Shown: positions 12,446-26,085, counted from the stretch's first letter. The stretch: DNA of 64,000 nucleotides from Camelus dromedarius (GCF_036321535.1 NC_087472.1:97776001-97840000), one strand, 5' to 3'. Numbers and translations are program-made. The notes: generated by a model from the sequence alone, not told the origin.

Positions 12446-13914
12446 TTTAGAAGGGCATCTTCTTCATATCTGTTCATGATAATGTCACAGATGTAGTATG
12501 ACCAGCATAACCTGGGTGGCAAATACTCATATTCATCATCTCCATCTTGATTGCAGTGTATTTCAGCAGCTTAAAAGCATATTAAAATTGTAATTATCTT
12601 TGTCACCCCCAGATATTCTGCTGCTTACTGAAGAATGCATTACCAGTGATGAAGGACTCTTATTTTACTCTTCCTTGCATGATACACTGGGGAGATTATT
12701 TTGTAAACTGAGTGAGTGAAAGAGCTGCCAGACACCATCTCCTGGAAATGCCTGGTAAGAGAAAAACAGCAAACTTTGAAAAAGAGATCTGCCATCCTGC
12801 ATCAAATCAGCCACCCCCAACCTGGGCTCCTCATACTGACTCGGTAAGTTCGGTCTACTGGCAAATCAGACACCATAATTAACTGTCCTTAATTCTGATG
12901 AACATTTTATGGGCCTACAGGGTCTGGAGAGAAAATCGTTAGCTTCGTTGACTAATTTTCAGCAACAGTTCATTCAACAGAGCACTAATAGGGCAGCCTT
13001 GGTTTGAAGTATAGGGATATGATATTAATTGGCTTCTTCTAACAGGGTTGAGGATGCTAAATGGCAAAGACCATCTATAGCTCTGTAAAGGACACACTTG
13101 AAAAATGCTTTGTGAAGGTAAATTATAAAACAAGAAAAATTTTTTTCCATTCAGTCTACAAAATATTTTGTTTCTTTTGTCATTATTTGATTCTTCCCTT
13201 CAGAGACTAAAACTTCTATGCAAAATACTGTTTTGTGTGACGTATAGAAATAGTGAAGCTAGGTGCTCTTCGACCAAGTCTTTTAGATTTTTGACTTGGA
13301 GGCACAGTTTGGGAATACTGAATATGTGTAGAAATAAAAATTGTACATGTGTATGTGTGTATACTTGTGTATATTTATATCCTAGCAGAACCCCAGATAA
13401 GTGGAATTTCTTGGGCAAAATCACTTGATTAAAAGATGAAGTGAAAGCAGTCTTCATGGCTGTTATTTATTAGATGTGTCTGAAAAAATTAAAAACAAAT
13501 TAAATAGCATTTATTCAACGCTTTGAATTAGAGTACAGGAGAAATCTCCTACTCAGTAAAAATACATCTGAATGTTATGTACTGCAGTACCGAAGTACCT
13601 CAAGAATGGAGGATTTAGTTAATTTAATTTTCCTGCTAATTAAAATTTAAATCTAATCCCCCTTTATTCTAATTCTTATTGTTGAAATGTCTTTTGAAAT
13701 AAAAATGAAATATTTTCTTACCTTAGTAAGTTGAGTATAGGATATATAATTGAATCATAGATCATTTAGGATTTTCACTAGGGTCGTTCAGAAGATCACT
13801 TCTCATGCTGTAATGCAATAGAGGTAGGAATAGAGGGCAGGTTTAATTGAATAGAATTTTTTTTTAATTGAGTAGAAATTTTACTTTGACCTTAGGACCA
13901 TTAGGCGTGAGCGC

Positions 13915-14012
13915 ACACTCTCTCTCTGTCTCTTTCTCTCTGTCTCTTTCTCTCTCTTCCTCCCCTCTCCCTGCTCCCTCTCCCTCTCATCCTCCTTCCC
14001 TCTCCTTTCTCT
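13915..14012. repeat. CT-rich low-complexity tract
   Basis: Near-pure pyrimidine run. Confidence 0.9.
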
Positions 14013-14419
14013 GAAATAAACTTGTTTTATTTGCCTTCCCCTCTGGTTTCTATTAATGGATTATTAAAAAGACCTTTAATTAAAAGTTTCTTTTAAGATT
14101 CTTTTAAATTAATAAAAACAGCAATTTTGTAATTCCTGAGGAAAATATTTCTTTGTCTCAATATCCACATAAAATAAGTCAAACAGCCAGGGTTTGAATC
14201 TGTCATTCATTTCAGGGAACAGTAATTCAGCCCACTGCACTGCACGTATAACTGGAAATCTAATCATCTGTAAGATCCTTTCTAACTGTAACAATCAGGG
14301 TCCAGGATCAAATGCTAAGCTCCATCTTTTTCACCTAATAGAATTCAGATTTCTGTGGGATTAATGAGGTTTTCATTTCTCTGTCTCCTGAAAGAGTAAA
14401 TGATCTAGTTCAGATTCAG

Positions 14420-14990
14420 TATCATGGCACTGAGCTAATATCCCTCTGCCCCTGACTGAAAACACACAGAAATTCTTAATAGAATATGAAGCAAAATAAA
14501 TGTACCATCATATCACAACTATAAGAAACTGGTAGCTGAAGATAATAAAATGAATAAACACATAAAATATTTGACTAGAAATTTAAGATTTGATCTAAAT
14601 TATACATGTAGAGCCCTGAATGGAGTCTAGATGTATATTTTGACCAAGTTTATTTCCAAAATACGTTGAACATTTGAAGCCAAAGAAAGTCTTGAGAATT
14701 TTACCCCAAATTATAAAAACAAAATATTATAAAACAAAATAAAATCTCTGACTTTAAGTCACTTAACTTTAAAAATAACAATAAAAAATAGTCACAAAAA
14801 AGACTCACATATTTGGAAACTAAACTGTGCATTCTAAAGTCATTTAAATTAATAAGAGAAAATCAGAATAAGAAGTCTGTAAATGTATACAACCAAATCA
14901 CAATGAAAATCCTCCATAGTAACAGTTGTAAAAGGCAAATAAAATAATACTTAAGTGAATTTGTAGCTTTACATATGCTTATTTTTTAAA
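14420..14990 (+). mobile_element. Old L1M fragments (ORF2 EN region)
   Basis: Degenerate L1 text: atatttggaaactaaactgtgcattctaa; aatacttaagtgaatttgtagctttacatatgctta. Confidence 0.6.
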
Positions 14991-15011
14991 GCTTTCAAAA
15001 ATAAGAATTCA

Positions 15012-16648
15012 GAATTTTTTATTGAGGTAGAAATGACATAACATTATGTAATTTTCAGGTGTACAACATGGTTTGACATTCATATATACTGTGAAATGAT
15101 CACCACAATAAGTCAAGTTAACATCCGTTACTGTATATATTTAGGAAAAAAACATTTTTTGTGTTAAGGACTTTTAAGGTCTACTCTCTCAGCAACTTTC
15201 AAATGAGATACAGTATTATTAACTGTAGTGACCATGTTGTACATTACATCCCCATGTCTTATTTATTTTATAACAGGAAGTCTGTACCTTTTGACCCTCT
15301 TCACCAATTGTACCCACACCCACTCTCTACCTCCAGCAACCACTAATCTCTTCTGTTTCTATGAGCTTGGGGTTTTTTTTGGTTTTTGATTCCATTTATA
15401 AATGAGATCATACAGTATTTGTCTTTCTTTGTCTGACTTATTTCACTTAGCATAATACTATCAGTGTCCATCCATGTTGTTGCAAATGGTAAGATTTCCT
15501 CATTTTTAAAATGGCTGAATAATATTCTATTACACATATATACCACAACTTTTCTATCCATTCATCTATCGATCTTTGTTTCCATGTCTTGGCTATTGTA
15601 CATGATGCTGCTATGAAAATGTGATGTATTTTTTGGAGTTAGTATTTTCATTTCCTCTGGATATGTTCCCAGGAGAGGAATTGCTGATCATATGGTAGTG
15701 TTTAGTTCTATTTTTAATTTTGGGGGCTCATCCATATTCTTTTCCATAGTGGCTGTCCCAGTTTACAGTCCCTTCAAAAGTGCATAAAGGTTCCCTTTTG
15801 TCCACGTCCTCACCAGCATTTGTTATCTAGTATCTTATTGATGATAGCTATTCTAACAGATATGAAGTGATACCTCATTGTGGTTTGGATTGACATTTCC
15901 CTTATGACAGGTGATGTTGAACATATTTTCATGTACCTATTGGCCATTTGTATATCTTCTTTAGAAAATAATTTATTCAGGTAATTTGTCCATTTTTAAT
16001 TGGATTATTTTGGTATTTTTCTTTGATATTGAGTTGTGTCATCTTTATATATTTTGAATGTTGACCCTTATCAGATAGTTTGCAGATATTTTTTCCCATT
16101 CTGAAGTTGTCTTTTCACTTTGTTGATTGTTTCTTCTGCTGTGTTTGACATAGTCTTACTTTTTTGTTTTTTACTTTGTTACTTTTGCTTTAGGTGTCGT
16201 AAGCAAAAAATCATTATCAAGACCCACGTTAAAAAGCTTTTTTCATGTTTTTTTCTATTAGTTTCATGGCTTCAGGTCTTATATTTAAGTCTTTAATAAT
16301 AATTTTGATTTAAATTTTAGAAATGGTGTAAGATAGGGATCTAGTTTATTTGCCTAAGTTGAACCATCCTTGCATCCCAGGGATAAATCCCACTTGGTCA
16401 TGGTGTGTAATCCTTTTAATGTGTTCTTGAATTTGGTTTGCTGATACTTTGTTGAGAAATTGTGCACCTGTATTCATTAGGAACATTGGTCTATCGTTTT
16501 CTAGTGATGTCTTTATCTGGTTTGGGTATGAAGGTTATACTGGCTTCATAGAATGGGTTTGGAAGTGTCCCCTCCTCAATATTTTGAGTTTGGGGAGGAT
16601 TGATATTAATACTTTAAATATTTGGTAGAATTCATGGGTGAAGCCATA
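15012..16648 (-). mobile_element. L1MA-type 3' portion with an internal deletion near 16348
   Basis: ORF 15343-15561 (EILPFATTWMD...SEISQ); collinear with 20467-23290 except for a jump of about 1.1 kb at ctagtttatt|tgcctaagttgaacc. Confidence 0.9.
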
Positions 16649-17514
16649 AATTATTTAAAACTTTTTCACCAAACGTGATACCCACACTATCCTGTGTATT
16701 TGAAGTTCACATGGGTAATATAAGCTCTTACTGGAAAATAATTTGACAAGCAAATCTCTTTACAAACAAAAGAATGAAAGCTCAACAAGGAAGTTTATCA
16801 ATTAAAACATACATCAGAGTGCAGTCTAATCTTACATAAGATGTTTGCTTCATCCTGATTAGTTACCTAGTCAAAGCTATTTCTTAGTTTACCAGGTTAT
16901 AAATTCACTTTTAACATCACAGGTACTTGCAGATCCCATCTCAATAATTGATGTTCGGTATTTTAGGTCAGAGTGATTAGTTTTGTTTTTCTCTAATTAA
17001 AGCTGATTTATTAAAGAGATACTTGTTTCCATTTTCCTATTTTTTTTCTCAAAAGGAGCATTTCCACATGCACCCTCCCCCCTTTATTGCTTTCAAGTAC
17101 CATCTTTCTTACATTTGACTCTGCAGTGTATCTGTAAAAATCAAAGTATGGATACTTTCTGCATTATTTTAAATATATGCATTATTTTTTTTCTCAGTTT
17201 AAGGCACTTCTCTTTTATAGCCATGATTATTAAGAGCACACACCTAGTATTTAGAATTATTTGGATAATGAATACTAAGTAGAAAAAGGTATATCATTTT
17301 TGATGTTAGTTAATCTTTCTTTGACACTTACCTACAACCTAAAATGGAAGATGGGTATAGTAAGTTGTAAGTATCAGGGTAATTTTTTAAAGTTCAATTA
17401 TGTCTGTGGTTGTTATTTTCATCTCTGTCAACAAAAGAGTCTTAACTTGCAGTCAGTACCTTAAAACTAACCCTTGATTTTGTTTTGAGATGGTCTAGGT
17501 TAAATCTTATTTGT

Positions 17515-17830
17515 GATGTCAGTGTCCTCCAGCCAAAGACCACCAGAAACACACCTATAGTTGAACAAAGTTGGGCTTCTTAGCTATTATAACAGAAAAG
17601 ACAGTACATCATGAGGATGTAGTGACAGAAGACAGAAAATGAGGCATCTCAACAAGAGGGTTTCAGAAGGGACCTTTCATAGGATATGGGCTTCTGTTCG
17701 GTGATGTTGGAGGTAGGCTCAAGGAAGCACAGTTTTCCTATGGATTGCTCGCTTTCAGAAGACAAGGGAAATTTTATGTTTCTGATCTTAATAATTTTTA
17801 TCTTTGAGGTGGGCATTCTAAATGATAAAC
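17515..17830 (-). mobile_element. Ancient ERV1-class LTR (MER89/MER90-like; family uncertain)
   Basis: ccaaagaccaccagaaacacacctatagttgaacaaagttgggctt resembles the reverse complement of an old ERV1 LTR 3' end. Confidence 0.6.
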
Positions 17831-17939
17831 TTGGGACTAGTAGGAAATAAATACAAATTTACTTTTATAGCTGGAACATGATACATGAAACTAAGAGCAA
17901 GGAGCTCTTAGTGAGAGTGGCAGGTATCTCACAGGGAAA

Positions 17940-18240
17940 ACAAAGATTTATGACTGGAGAGTATGAAACTCTGGTAGTGAGTCATTGATTGGAAGGACTT
18001 GGTATGGTTCTATCCAGTGCAATTGCAGTGATATCCTGTCTGCTGAATCTTGAATTGTATCCAGTCTCTGAGCCGTAGCCCAATAGCATCTGTTCTTCCA
18101 GCCATGAATTGAATGCCTTGTCACAAGCCATTAATATTTGTGATCATGTGCAAAAATATCATCTAATGTATGAGTATTTTCCAAGTAGATGGCTGCTGCA
18201 TTGCAGCAGAAAATCTTACGATCATATTTATTAACATTAA
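17940..18240 (-). mobile_element. ERV internal remnant, integrase C-terminus-like
   Basis: Minus translation RDWIQFKIQQ /frameshift/ RISLQLHWIEPYQVLPIND resembles GDWVxxK...LxPRWKGPYQVLLT. Confidence 0.5.
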
Positions 18241-19352
18241 TTTCTCTGTTGATTATATATCTCATGCTCAGAAGCACTACTGACTATAATTATTATTTTC
18301 TTTTCACGCTCCAATGCCACAGTTTGACCACTGGGAACGCCTTTAGGTTGGCTCCCTTTACTACTACCCCAGAACTTTTGAAAGCATTCTTGCTTTCTTA
18401 GAACAAAATAATCTAGACTCAACCTTATTTTTTCTAACATACTACTAGAGTTTACTAAAGATTTTCATTCATACTTTACTAATAAATCTAACTGTTACAT
18501 ATGATGCTAAGTATATAGGCTGGTGGAATGCCACCAAATTCCAGAAAGGCGATTTGTAATCAGTGAGTTTGTCATCAGTGTTGTCTTCATTTGATTGTGG
18601 TTTTCAATTACTCTAATCCTTGTAGTTTAATTACAAATACTGTCAATTTAGCTCCATTATTAATTTATCTTGGGAATGGTTGTTTGTTCACCTTACAGGG
18701 AGAAGGGATACAGTTTAGCATCAACAATATTTTTGATGTATAATTTTCTAATAACTAGATGTGTGTGCACTGAAGTTCAAATATGAGTCTCAGTTTTTGA
18801 GCAGCTGGATTCCTGAACTTCAAAAATGTTTAAGGACCTAAAAATCATATTTAAAAACTCATTTTTTTGGAAAATTAATAAGTGACTCATGTTGCCAACA
18901 ACAGTTTTACTACGAATTGTTTATTTTCTTCCCCTACAGTTTTTGATTATCATGGTTGTCATTGTCAGTATCATCATCATTTTCCCTTTAGAAAGTACAA
19001 ACAAGTGATAAAGATTGGTTCATAGACAAAAATTTAAAAACTGCTTAGTGAAGTCTCTCTCAAATGGAACTCATGTTAAAAATGCCAGAGTATGTTAGGT
19101 GATTTTATTTTACAAAATATTCATATCACTTCCCCACCAGCAATCCTGATAGACTAGGCATGTGCATTACAAAAACTGCCACCTCACCTTTCTTTCCTAC
19201 CTACCCAACCTTGAGAATCACCACTCTTCTAGGTCTCTAGTCCCTAAAGGTTATGAATGGATGTTGCTCAGCGGGAGCAAAGACTCAGCCCCTTGTGGAC
19301 TTTTATGTGTCCATATATTCAAGATTACAGTGGTATTGGCTCCCTTTTATCC

Positions 19353-19921
19353 TGTAGTATGAGCTATTGGACATAGAAACAATAATAAGATCTCAGGGTG
19401 TATACACAATTTTCATTTCTTTCACTTTTGATCTACAGACTCCAGCTGGGCTTACTCACAGATCACTCATCTGTTGTTGCGTTGGGTGGCTTGTTGAATT
19501 CAACTAGGTGATCTCATGTGTGTAAAGGTCAATAGGTCAGCTGCAGTTTGACTGAGTAAAGATATGGTGTCTTTGGCAGCTCCACTTCACATTGCAGTTC
19601 TGTGATTTGGCTACAGATATTTCTCATCCTCCTCGTCGGAACACTAGCCAGCTGTTCCAAGGGTGCAACCAGGGTATGGCCTCCTTATGGCAGTGGTAGA
19701 GGCACAAAAGTCCTCCTGAGGCCTAGGATTGGAACTGGCAGACCATTGTTTCCTTCTCATTCTGTTGACCAAAGCAAGTCATACAACCAAATCCAAACTC
19801 AAAGCGTAAGGAAATATAATTTGACTCTTTGAGGGGAGGAGCTACAAAGTTATATATCAAAGGACATGAATAGAGGAAGGAAGACAGTGAAGAGCTGGGA
19901 CAAGTAATGACATCTACCACA
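19353..19921 (-). mobile_element. MaLR LTR (MLT1G/H-like)
   Basis: gaggcctaggattggaactggca...cattctgttgaccaaagcaagtcat...atctaccaca terminus. Confidence 0.8.
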
Positions 19922-20039
19922 TATCTCTTGCATTTCTGAGTATAACAGATGTAATTCACATGAAAAAGTCCCACAGGAATAATTCCTAACCTGATTCAGA
20001 AGCCAGCCATCTCAATCAGGAAGGAAAGATACTGAAGTG

Positions 20040-20280
20040 ATTAAAGGCCTAGGGTTTGCTAACAGCCAGACTAGGACTTGAATAGTTGCTTTACCCACTT
20101 ACTAATCAGGTAACTTTGAGCAAGTTGATTTCTCTGAGGAATATAGTGTTTCCAGCCAAACAATGACAAATGTAATAACACCTAACTCTAGGACTTGTTT
20201 TAGAATCAAATGAGGTAATGCTTGAAAGTTGTTTAGCACAACCACATGTAGTTGGTAAGAATTCAAAATGTCATATGTAT
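20040..20280 (+). mobile_element. MIR SINE
   Basis: ccacttactaatcaggtaactttgagcaagtt...ttgttttagaatcaaatgaggtaatg. Confidence 0.75.
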
Positions 20281-20466
20281 AATTATTTTTCTTTCCCTCC
20301 CTCTCTTTATTAATCTCTCTCTCTTATTTTCTTCTTCTCCCTCCCTCTTTTTTCCCCTTTTCCAACTCTTTCTTTAGGATTTACTTCCTGATTATTATAC
20401 TCATTCTTGAATCAGCTCACTTTACATGAAATATATTCGTCAAGATCTCATTAAAGCATTTTTCTT

Positions 20467-23400
20467 TTTTCCCCAGTTTTATTATAATTGACATACACCA
20501 CTGTGTAAGTTTAAAGTGTACATCATAATGGTTTCACTTAATGTATTGTGAAATGATTACTGCAATAAGTTTAGTTAGTATCCATCATCTCCTATAGATA
20601 CAATATAAAAAGCAAAGAAGACTTTTTTTTGCCTTTTGATGAGCACTCTTAGAATATACTCACTCAACAACTTTCTTCTCATACAGCAGAATTAACTATA
20701 ATTATCATAATGTACATTACATCTCTAGTACTTACTTATCTTATAACTGGAAGTTTGTACCTTTTGCCCACCTTCCTTTAATTACCCTTCACCTCACCCC
20801 CTGCATCTGGTTAGCACAAATCTGATCTCTTTTCCTATGGTTTGTTTTTTTTTTTTGTTCCACATATAAGTGAGATCATATAGTGTTTGTCTTTCTTTGT
20901 CTGGCTTAATTCACTTAGGGTAATGCCCTCAAGGAACATCCACATTGCTGCAGATGGCATTATTTCATTCTTTTTATGGCCGAGTAATATTCCATTGTGT
21001 GTGTGTGTGTAATTTATATATATATATATGCCACAACCTCTTTATCCGTTCATATGTTGATAGACACTTAGGTTGTTTCCATGTCTTGGCTATTGTAAAT
21101 AACACCACTATGAACATAGTAGTGCCAGCATCTTTTCAAGTTAGTGTTACTGTTTCCTTTGGATATGTTCCCAGAAGTGGAATTATTTCTGGATCATAGG
21201 GTAATTCTATTTTTATTTTTTGAGAAACTTCCATGATGTGGGTTTACTAGTTTATAATCTCACCAACAGTGTACAGGAGTTGCATTTTCTCTACATGCTC
21301 ACCAGCATTTGTTATTGCTTGTCTTTTTAAATGATAGCCATTTTAACAGGCTTAGGTAGTATCTCATTACAGTTTATGATTTGCATTTCCCTAATGATTA
21401 GTGATGTTGAGCAATTATTTGTGTATCTGTTGGCCATTTGTATATCTTTTTGGAAAACTCTTTGAGTCATTTGCCCATTTGTTAATTGGATTATTTGCTT
21501 TTTTGCTTTTGAGTTGTATGAGTTCTTCATAAACTTTAGGTATTAACCCCTTATCAGATAGACAGTTTGTAAAGTTTTTTCCCATTTTATAGGTTGGCTT
21601 TTCATTTTGTTGATTGCTTCTTTTGCTGACCAGAAGCTTTGTAGTTTGCTGTAGTCTCACTTGTTTTTTATTTTGTTGCTTGTGCTTTAGGTGTCATATC
21701 CAAAAAATAATTGCCAAGACCCATGTAAAGAAGTTTTTTCCTCATATATTTTCCTTTAGGATTTTCTTGATTTCGGATCTTACATTTTAGTCTTTAATCC
21801 ATTTCAAAATAATTTTGTGAGTGGTGCAAGATAAGGGTCTAGTTTTATTCTTGACATGTGAATATCCAGTTTTCCCAGAACCATTTATTGGAGAGACTGT
21901 CTTTTGTCCATTAAGTATTTTTGACTCCCTTGTCAATTATTAGTTGTAGACCATTAGACCATGTATATATGAATTTATTTCTGGACTCTCAATTCTGTTT
22001 CATTGGTCTTTCTGTCTGTTTTATGCCAGTACCAGCCTGTTTTGATTACTATAACTTTGTAGTATAGTTTGAAATCAGGAATTATGATGCCCCCCACTTA
22101 GTTCTTCTTTCTCAGGATTGCTTTGGCTATTTGGGGTCTTTTGTAATTCCATATTAATTTTAATTTTAATATTGTATTTCTGCATCTGTCAAGAAATGAC
22201 ATTGGAATATTCAATAGGGATTACATTGAATCTATAGACGGCTTTTGGTAGTATAGACATTTTAACAATATTAATTCTTCTAATCCTTGAACACAAGATA
22301 CCTTTTATTTGTGTCTTCTTCAGTTTCTTTCATCAGTGTCTTGTAGTTTTCAGAATAGAGATCTTTCACCTCCTTGGCTGAGTGTGTTCCTAAATATTTT
22401 ATTGTTTTTGATGCTAGTATAAATGGGATTGTTTTCTTTATTTCTTTTTCATAAAATCTGTTGTTAGTGTGTAGAAACTCTATTGATTTTTGTATGTTAA
22501 TTTTGTATCCTGCAAGTTTATTGAAGTAGTTGACTAAATCTAACAGTTTTTTGGTGGAGTGTTTAGGATTTTCTATATATAAAATCATGTTATCTGCAAG
22601 TAGAAACATTTTTACTTCCTCTTTCCAATTCTGCTGTCTTTTTTTTTTTTTTTTTTTTTCTTGCCTGATTGCTCTGGGAAGGAATTCCATTACCATGTTG
22701 AATAGGTGAGATTGGACACCCTTCTCTTATTCCTGATCTTAGGGGCAGAGCTTTCAACGTTTTCAATGTTTCACCAGTGAATATGTTAGTTGTGGGCTTA
22801 TCATTTAATACCCTTACTATGTTGAAGTACATTTTTTGTATACATGATTTGTTAAGAGTTTTTATCATAAATGGATGTTGAATTTTGTCAAATGCTTTTT
22901 CTGCATCTTTTGAGCTGATCATATGATTTTTTTTCCTTTTAATGTATTAATCTGATGTATCACATTGATTGATTTGCCTAAGTTGAACCATCCTTGCATC
23001 CCAGGGATAAATCCCACTTGATCATAGTGAATGATCCTTTTAATGTGCTGCTAAATTTTGTTTACTAGTATTTTATTGAGAATTTTTACATCTATATTCA
23101 TCAGGGATGTTGGTCTATAGTTATCTTTTCTGGTAGCATTTTTTTTCTGGCTTTGGTATCAGGGTAATGCTGATCTCATAAAATAAGTTTGGGAGTGCTC
23201 CCCCCCCCCTTTGGTTTTTAACAAGCATTCATGAAGGGTCAGTGTTAATTCTTCTTTAAATGTTTGGTAAAATTCACCTGTAAAGCCATTTGGTCCTGAA
23301 ATTTTCTTCATTGGGAAATTCTTGATTACTGCATCAATTTCCATAGTAGTAACTGATCTCTTCAGACTTTATAATTCTTCCTGATTTAGTCTTTATAGAT

Positions 23401-25806
23401 TGTATGTTTCTAAGAATTTTTCCATTTGTCTTGGTTGTCCAGCTTGTTGATGTATATTTGTTCATAGTAGCCTTGTATGATCCTTTGTAGTTCTGTGGTA
23501 TCAATTGTAATGTTTCCTTTTTCATTTATATTTTTGTTGATTTGAGTCTCTTTTCTTTGGTTAGTCTAGCTGAAGGTTTCTCAGTTTTGCTTATCTTTTC
23601 TAAGAGTCAACTCTTAATTTAGTTAATCTTTTCTGTTGTTTTTTCTGTGCTCTATTTTATTTATGCTCTAATCTTTATTTCCTTCCTTCTGCTAACTTTG
23701 GGCACAGTTTGTTCTTTCTAGTTCCTTAAGACATAGATTGTTTATTTGGGATCTTTCTTGCTTCTTAATGTAGGTGTTTATTGCTATGAACTTCCCTCTG
23801 AGGACTGCTTTTGCTTTATCCCATAAGTTTTAGTATGTTGTACTTCTATTTTCATTTATCTCAAGATACTTTTTTCCCATTTAATTTTTTCTTTAATCTA
23901 TTGTTTGTTCAGGAAAGTATTATTTAATTTCCATGTATTTGTGCATTTTCCTGTTTTCCTAATGTTACTATTTTTGTTCAATACCATTGTAGTCAGAGAA
24001 GATACTTGGTATGATATCAGTCTTCTTGAATTTGCTAAGATGTGTTTTGTGGCCTAACATATGATCTAAGAAACTATTCCACGTGCACTTGTGAAGAATG
24101 TATATCTGTCATTGGATGGAGTGTTCTGTATATGTATGTTAGGCCATTTGACATATAGTGGTTTTCTTGCTGTTTCCTTATTGAGTCACTGTTTGCATAA
24201 TCTGTTGTTGACAGTGGGGTATTAAATAAAGTCCCCAGCTGTTACTGTATTGCTGCTTATTTCTCCATTTAGCTCTGTTTCTTTTTCCTTTATGTATTTA
24301 GGTGCTCCAGTGTTGGGCACAGAAGTATTTACAAGTGTTAACATCTTCTTGATGCATTGATCCCTTTATCATTATATAATGACCTTCTTTGTCTCTTTTT
24401 ACCATTTTTAATTTAAATTCTATTTTGTCTGATATAAGCATAGATACTCCTACTTTTTATTTGGATACCACTTACTTCAAATACCTTTTTCCATCTCTTC
24501 ACTCTCAGTCTACGTGTCTTCAAAGCTAAAGTGAGTTTCTTGTAGGCAGCATTTCTTTGTATCTGGTTTTTTTGTGTGTTTGGTTTTTTATCCATTTAGC
24601 CATTCTACGGCTCTTGATCAGAGAATACAATCCATTTTTGTTTAATTATTGATAAATAAGGATTATTGTTGTTTTCTGATTATTTTTTAGATCCATTGTT
24701 CCTTGTTTCATATCCCACTAACTCTTGTGTTTTGATATATTGAGGCAACTATTCAAGCTCTGAGGTGAGTTGAGAGGTTGCCACTGGCTGAGAACAGCTA
24801 GGTAGGACTGATAGCTTGGTTCCCTCCCTAAGTGAGGCTGTAGGATGGGCTCCACTGTTGGATTCTCTGATCAGGCTTACTAGGCATTCAGGACTAGGTA
24901 CTATACTCAGCAACAGGTGGGACCTTGCATTAGCTTTCCTGTCCAGGCAGGGCAGCAAGATAGGACCTGCTTAGAGAAGCAGCTCCAAAGCCACTAAGGC
25001 TCCTTGTTTGTGGTCTTGATTCTAGCTGACTCATGCCTCAGGTTCCCTGACCAAACAGGGCCAGTGGCTTTGCTCTGAGGGTGATCAGCTCTGTCCACCT
25101 GCTTCTCAGCTTGAGCGTTGTTGGGTTATGCAGCTTCCAGGTGTTCTCACCAGCCCTTTGTGTCAGCAGGTGTGGCTGTGACTCACCTCTTCTGCCTGGG
25201 TGTGAACAGACCAGGTTCCAGGGCTGGCAAAACTCCTCCTTTGAGGGCCCAAATCAGGTAGACCTGCAGCCCACTGAGTTCCCTGGTCAGACTGCACCAC
25301 CAACTTGGTTCTGCAGATGAACAAAGCTGCTGACGGGGACTACTACTTGGCTCTGCAGGTAGAAACTTAGTCTACCAAGATCTGAGTGTAAACCACTCCT
25401 CCCTTCCCTGTCATGATGAGATTCCTAGTAGTTGGGTCCTACAGATTCCCCCTCCGATCCCTGTGGAGCAAAACCAAACTAGGGGTTCCCATGAAGTAAC
25501 CCACAATGCTGAGGGGCTGGATTTCACCCCTGGGCTTTTCTCACTGGAGGAGCCAGAGATTCAAGGGAGACCTCTCCAGGTGGTGCTGCTCTGGCCTTGG
25601 GGGAGGTGCAGTGTGATCAGCATATAGCCACTTCTCTTACCTTTCTAATGCACTCTGCCTTGGTTTCTGGGGTGCAGGGGTGCTTCAGCCTCACTCCCAC
25701 ATTCTAGGATTCTCTCTGTGTTATCCATGAATAGTTGTTAGTTGTTGTTCTTGGGAGGGGAGCTAAGTCAGGAGTGACCTGTCACCATCTTGGTGGTGTC
25801 ACTCTC
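20467..25806 (-). mobile_element. L1MA-type element with 5'UTR, ORF2 and 3'UTR but no ORF1; 15-bp TSD
   Basis: taaagcatttttctt (20452-20466) vs tgaagtatttttctt (25807-25821); RT motifs in ORFs 22590-22922 ([14 protein letters not shown]) and 22280-22696 ([13 protein letters not shown]); GC-rich 5'UTR about 24750-25806. Confidence 0.93.
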
Positions 25807-26016
25807 TGAAGTATTTTTCTTAAAAAGATACTTTTTAAAAGAGAACTAAAAATAATTTCCTAGGTTTGACCCTCGAGTCTGAACAATACTTCTTGAACAA
25901 AACTAAACATAAAGCAGTTCTCTTAAAGGTACTGAAAAAAAGTCATGGGGTCTCTAAGTTCAGAATAGCTTACATTTTGCTGTAAAGGAAATAATGATTT
26001 TCTGTATTTCCAACCA

Positions 26017-26085
26017 TGACCTTGCGTTTGTGGTAACCATGGAAACTGCCTAAGTTGTGAGGCCTTGGTAAAGCCAACATGGCAG
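26017..26085. promoter_or_regulatory. Candidate regulatory motif cluster (RFX X-box, nuclear-receptor half-site, YY1-like core)
   Basis: gtaaccatggaaac at 26033-26046, tgaccttg at 26017-26024 and aacatggc nearby, in apparently non-repetitive DNA; motif matches only. Confidence 0.25.

Noticed and set aside
13782..13823. 42-nt AG...GT-bounded frame GRSEDHFSCCNAIE
   Set aside because: Weak pyrimidine tract, and the text resembles a decayed L2 segment (gaagatcact...gctg)
16340..16400. About 45 bp identical to 22973-23020
   Set aside because: Explained by two copies of the same L1 subfamily; no evidence for gene conversion without a consensus alignment
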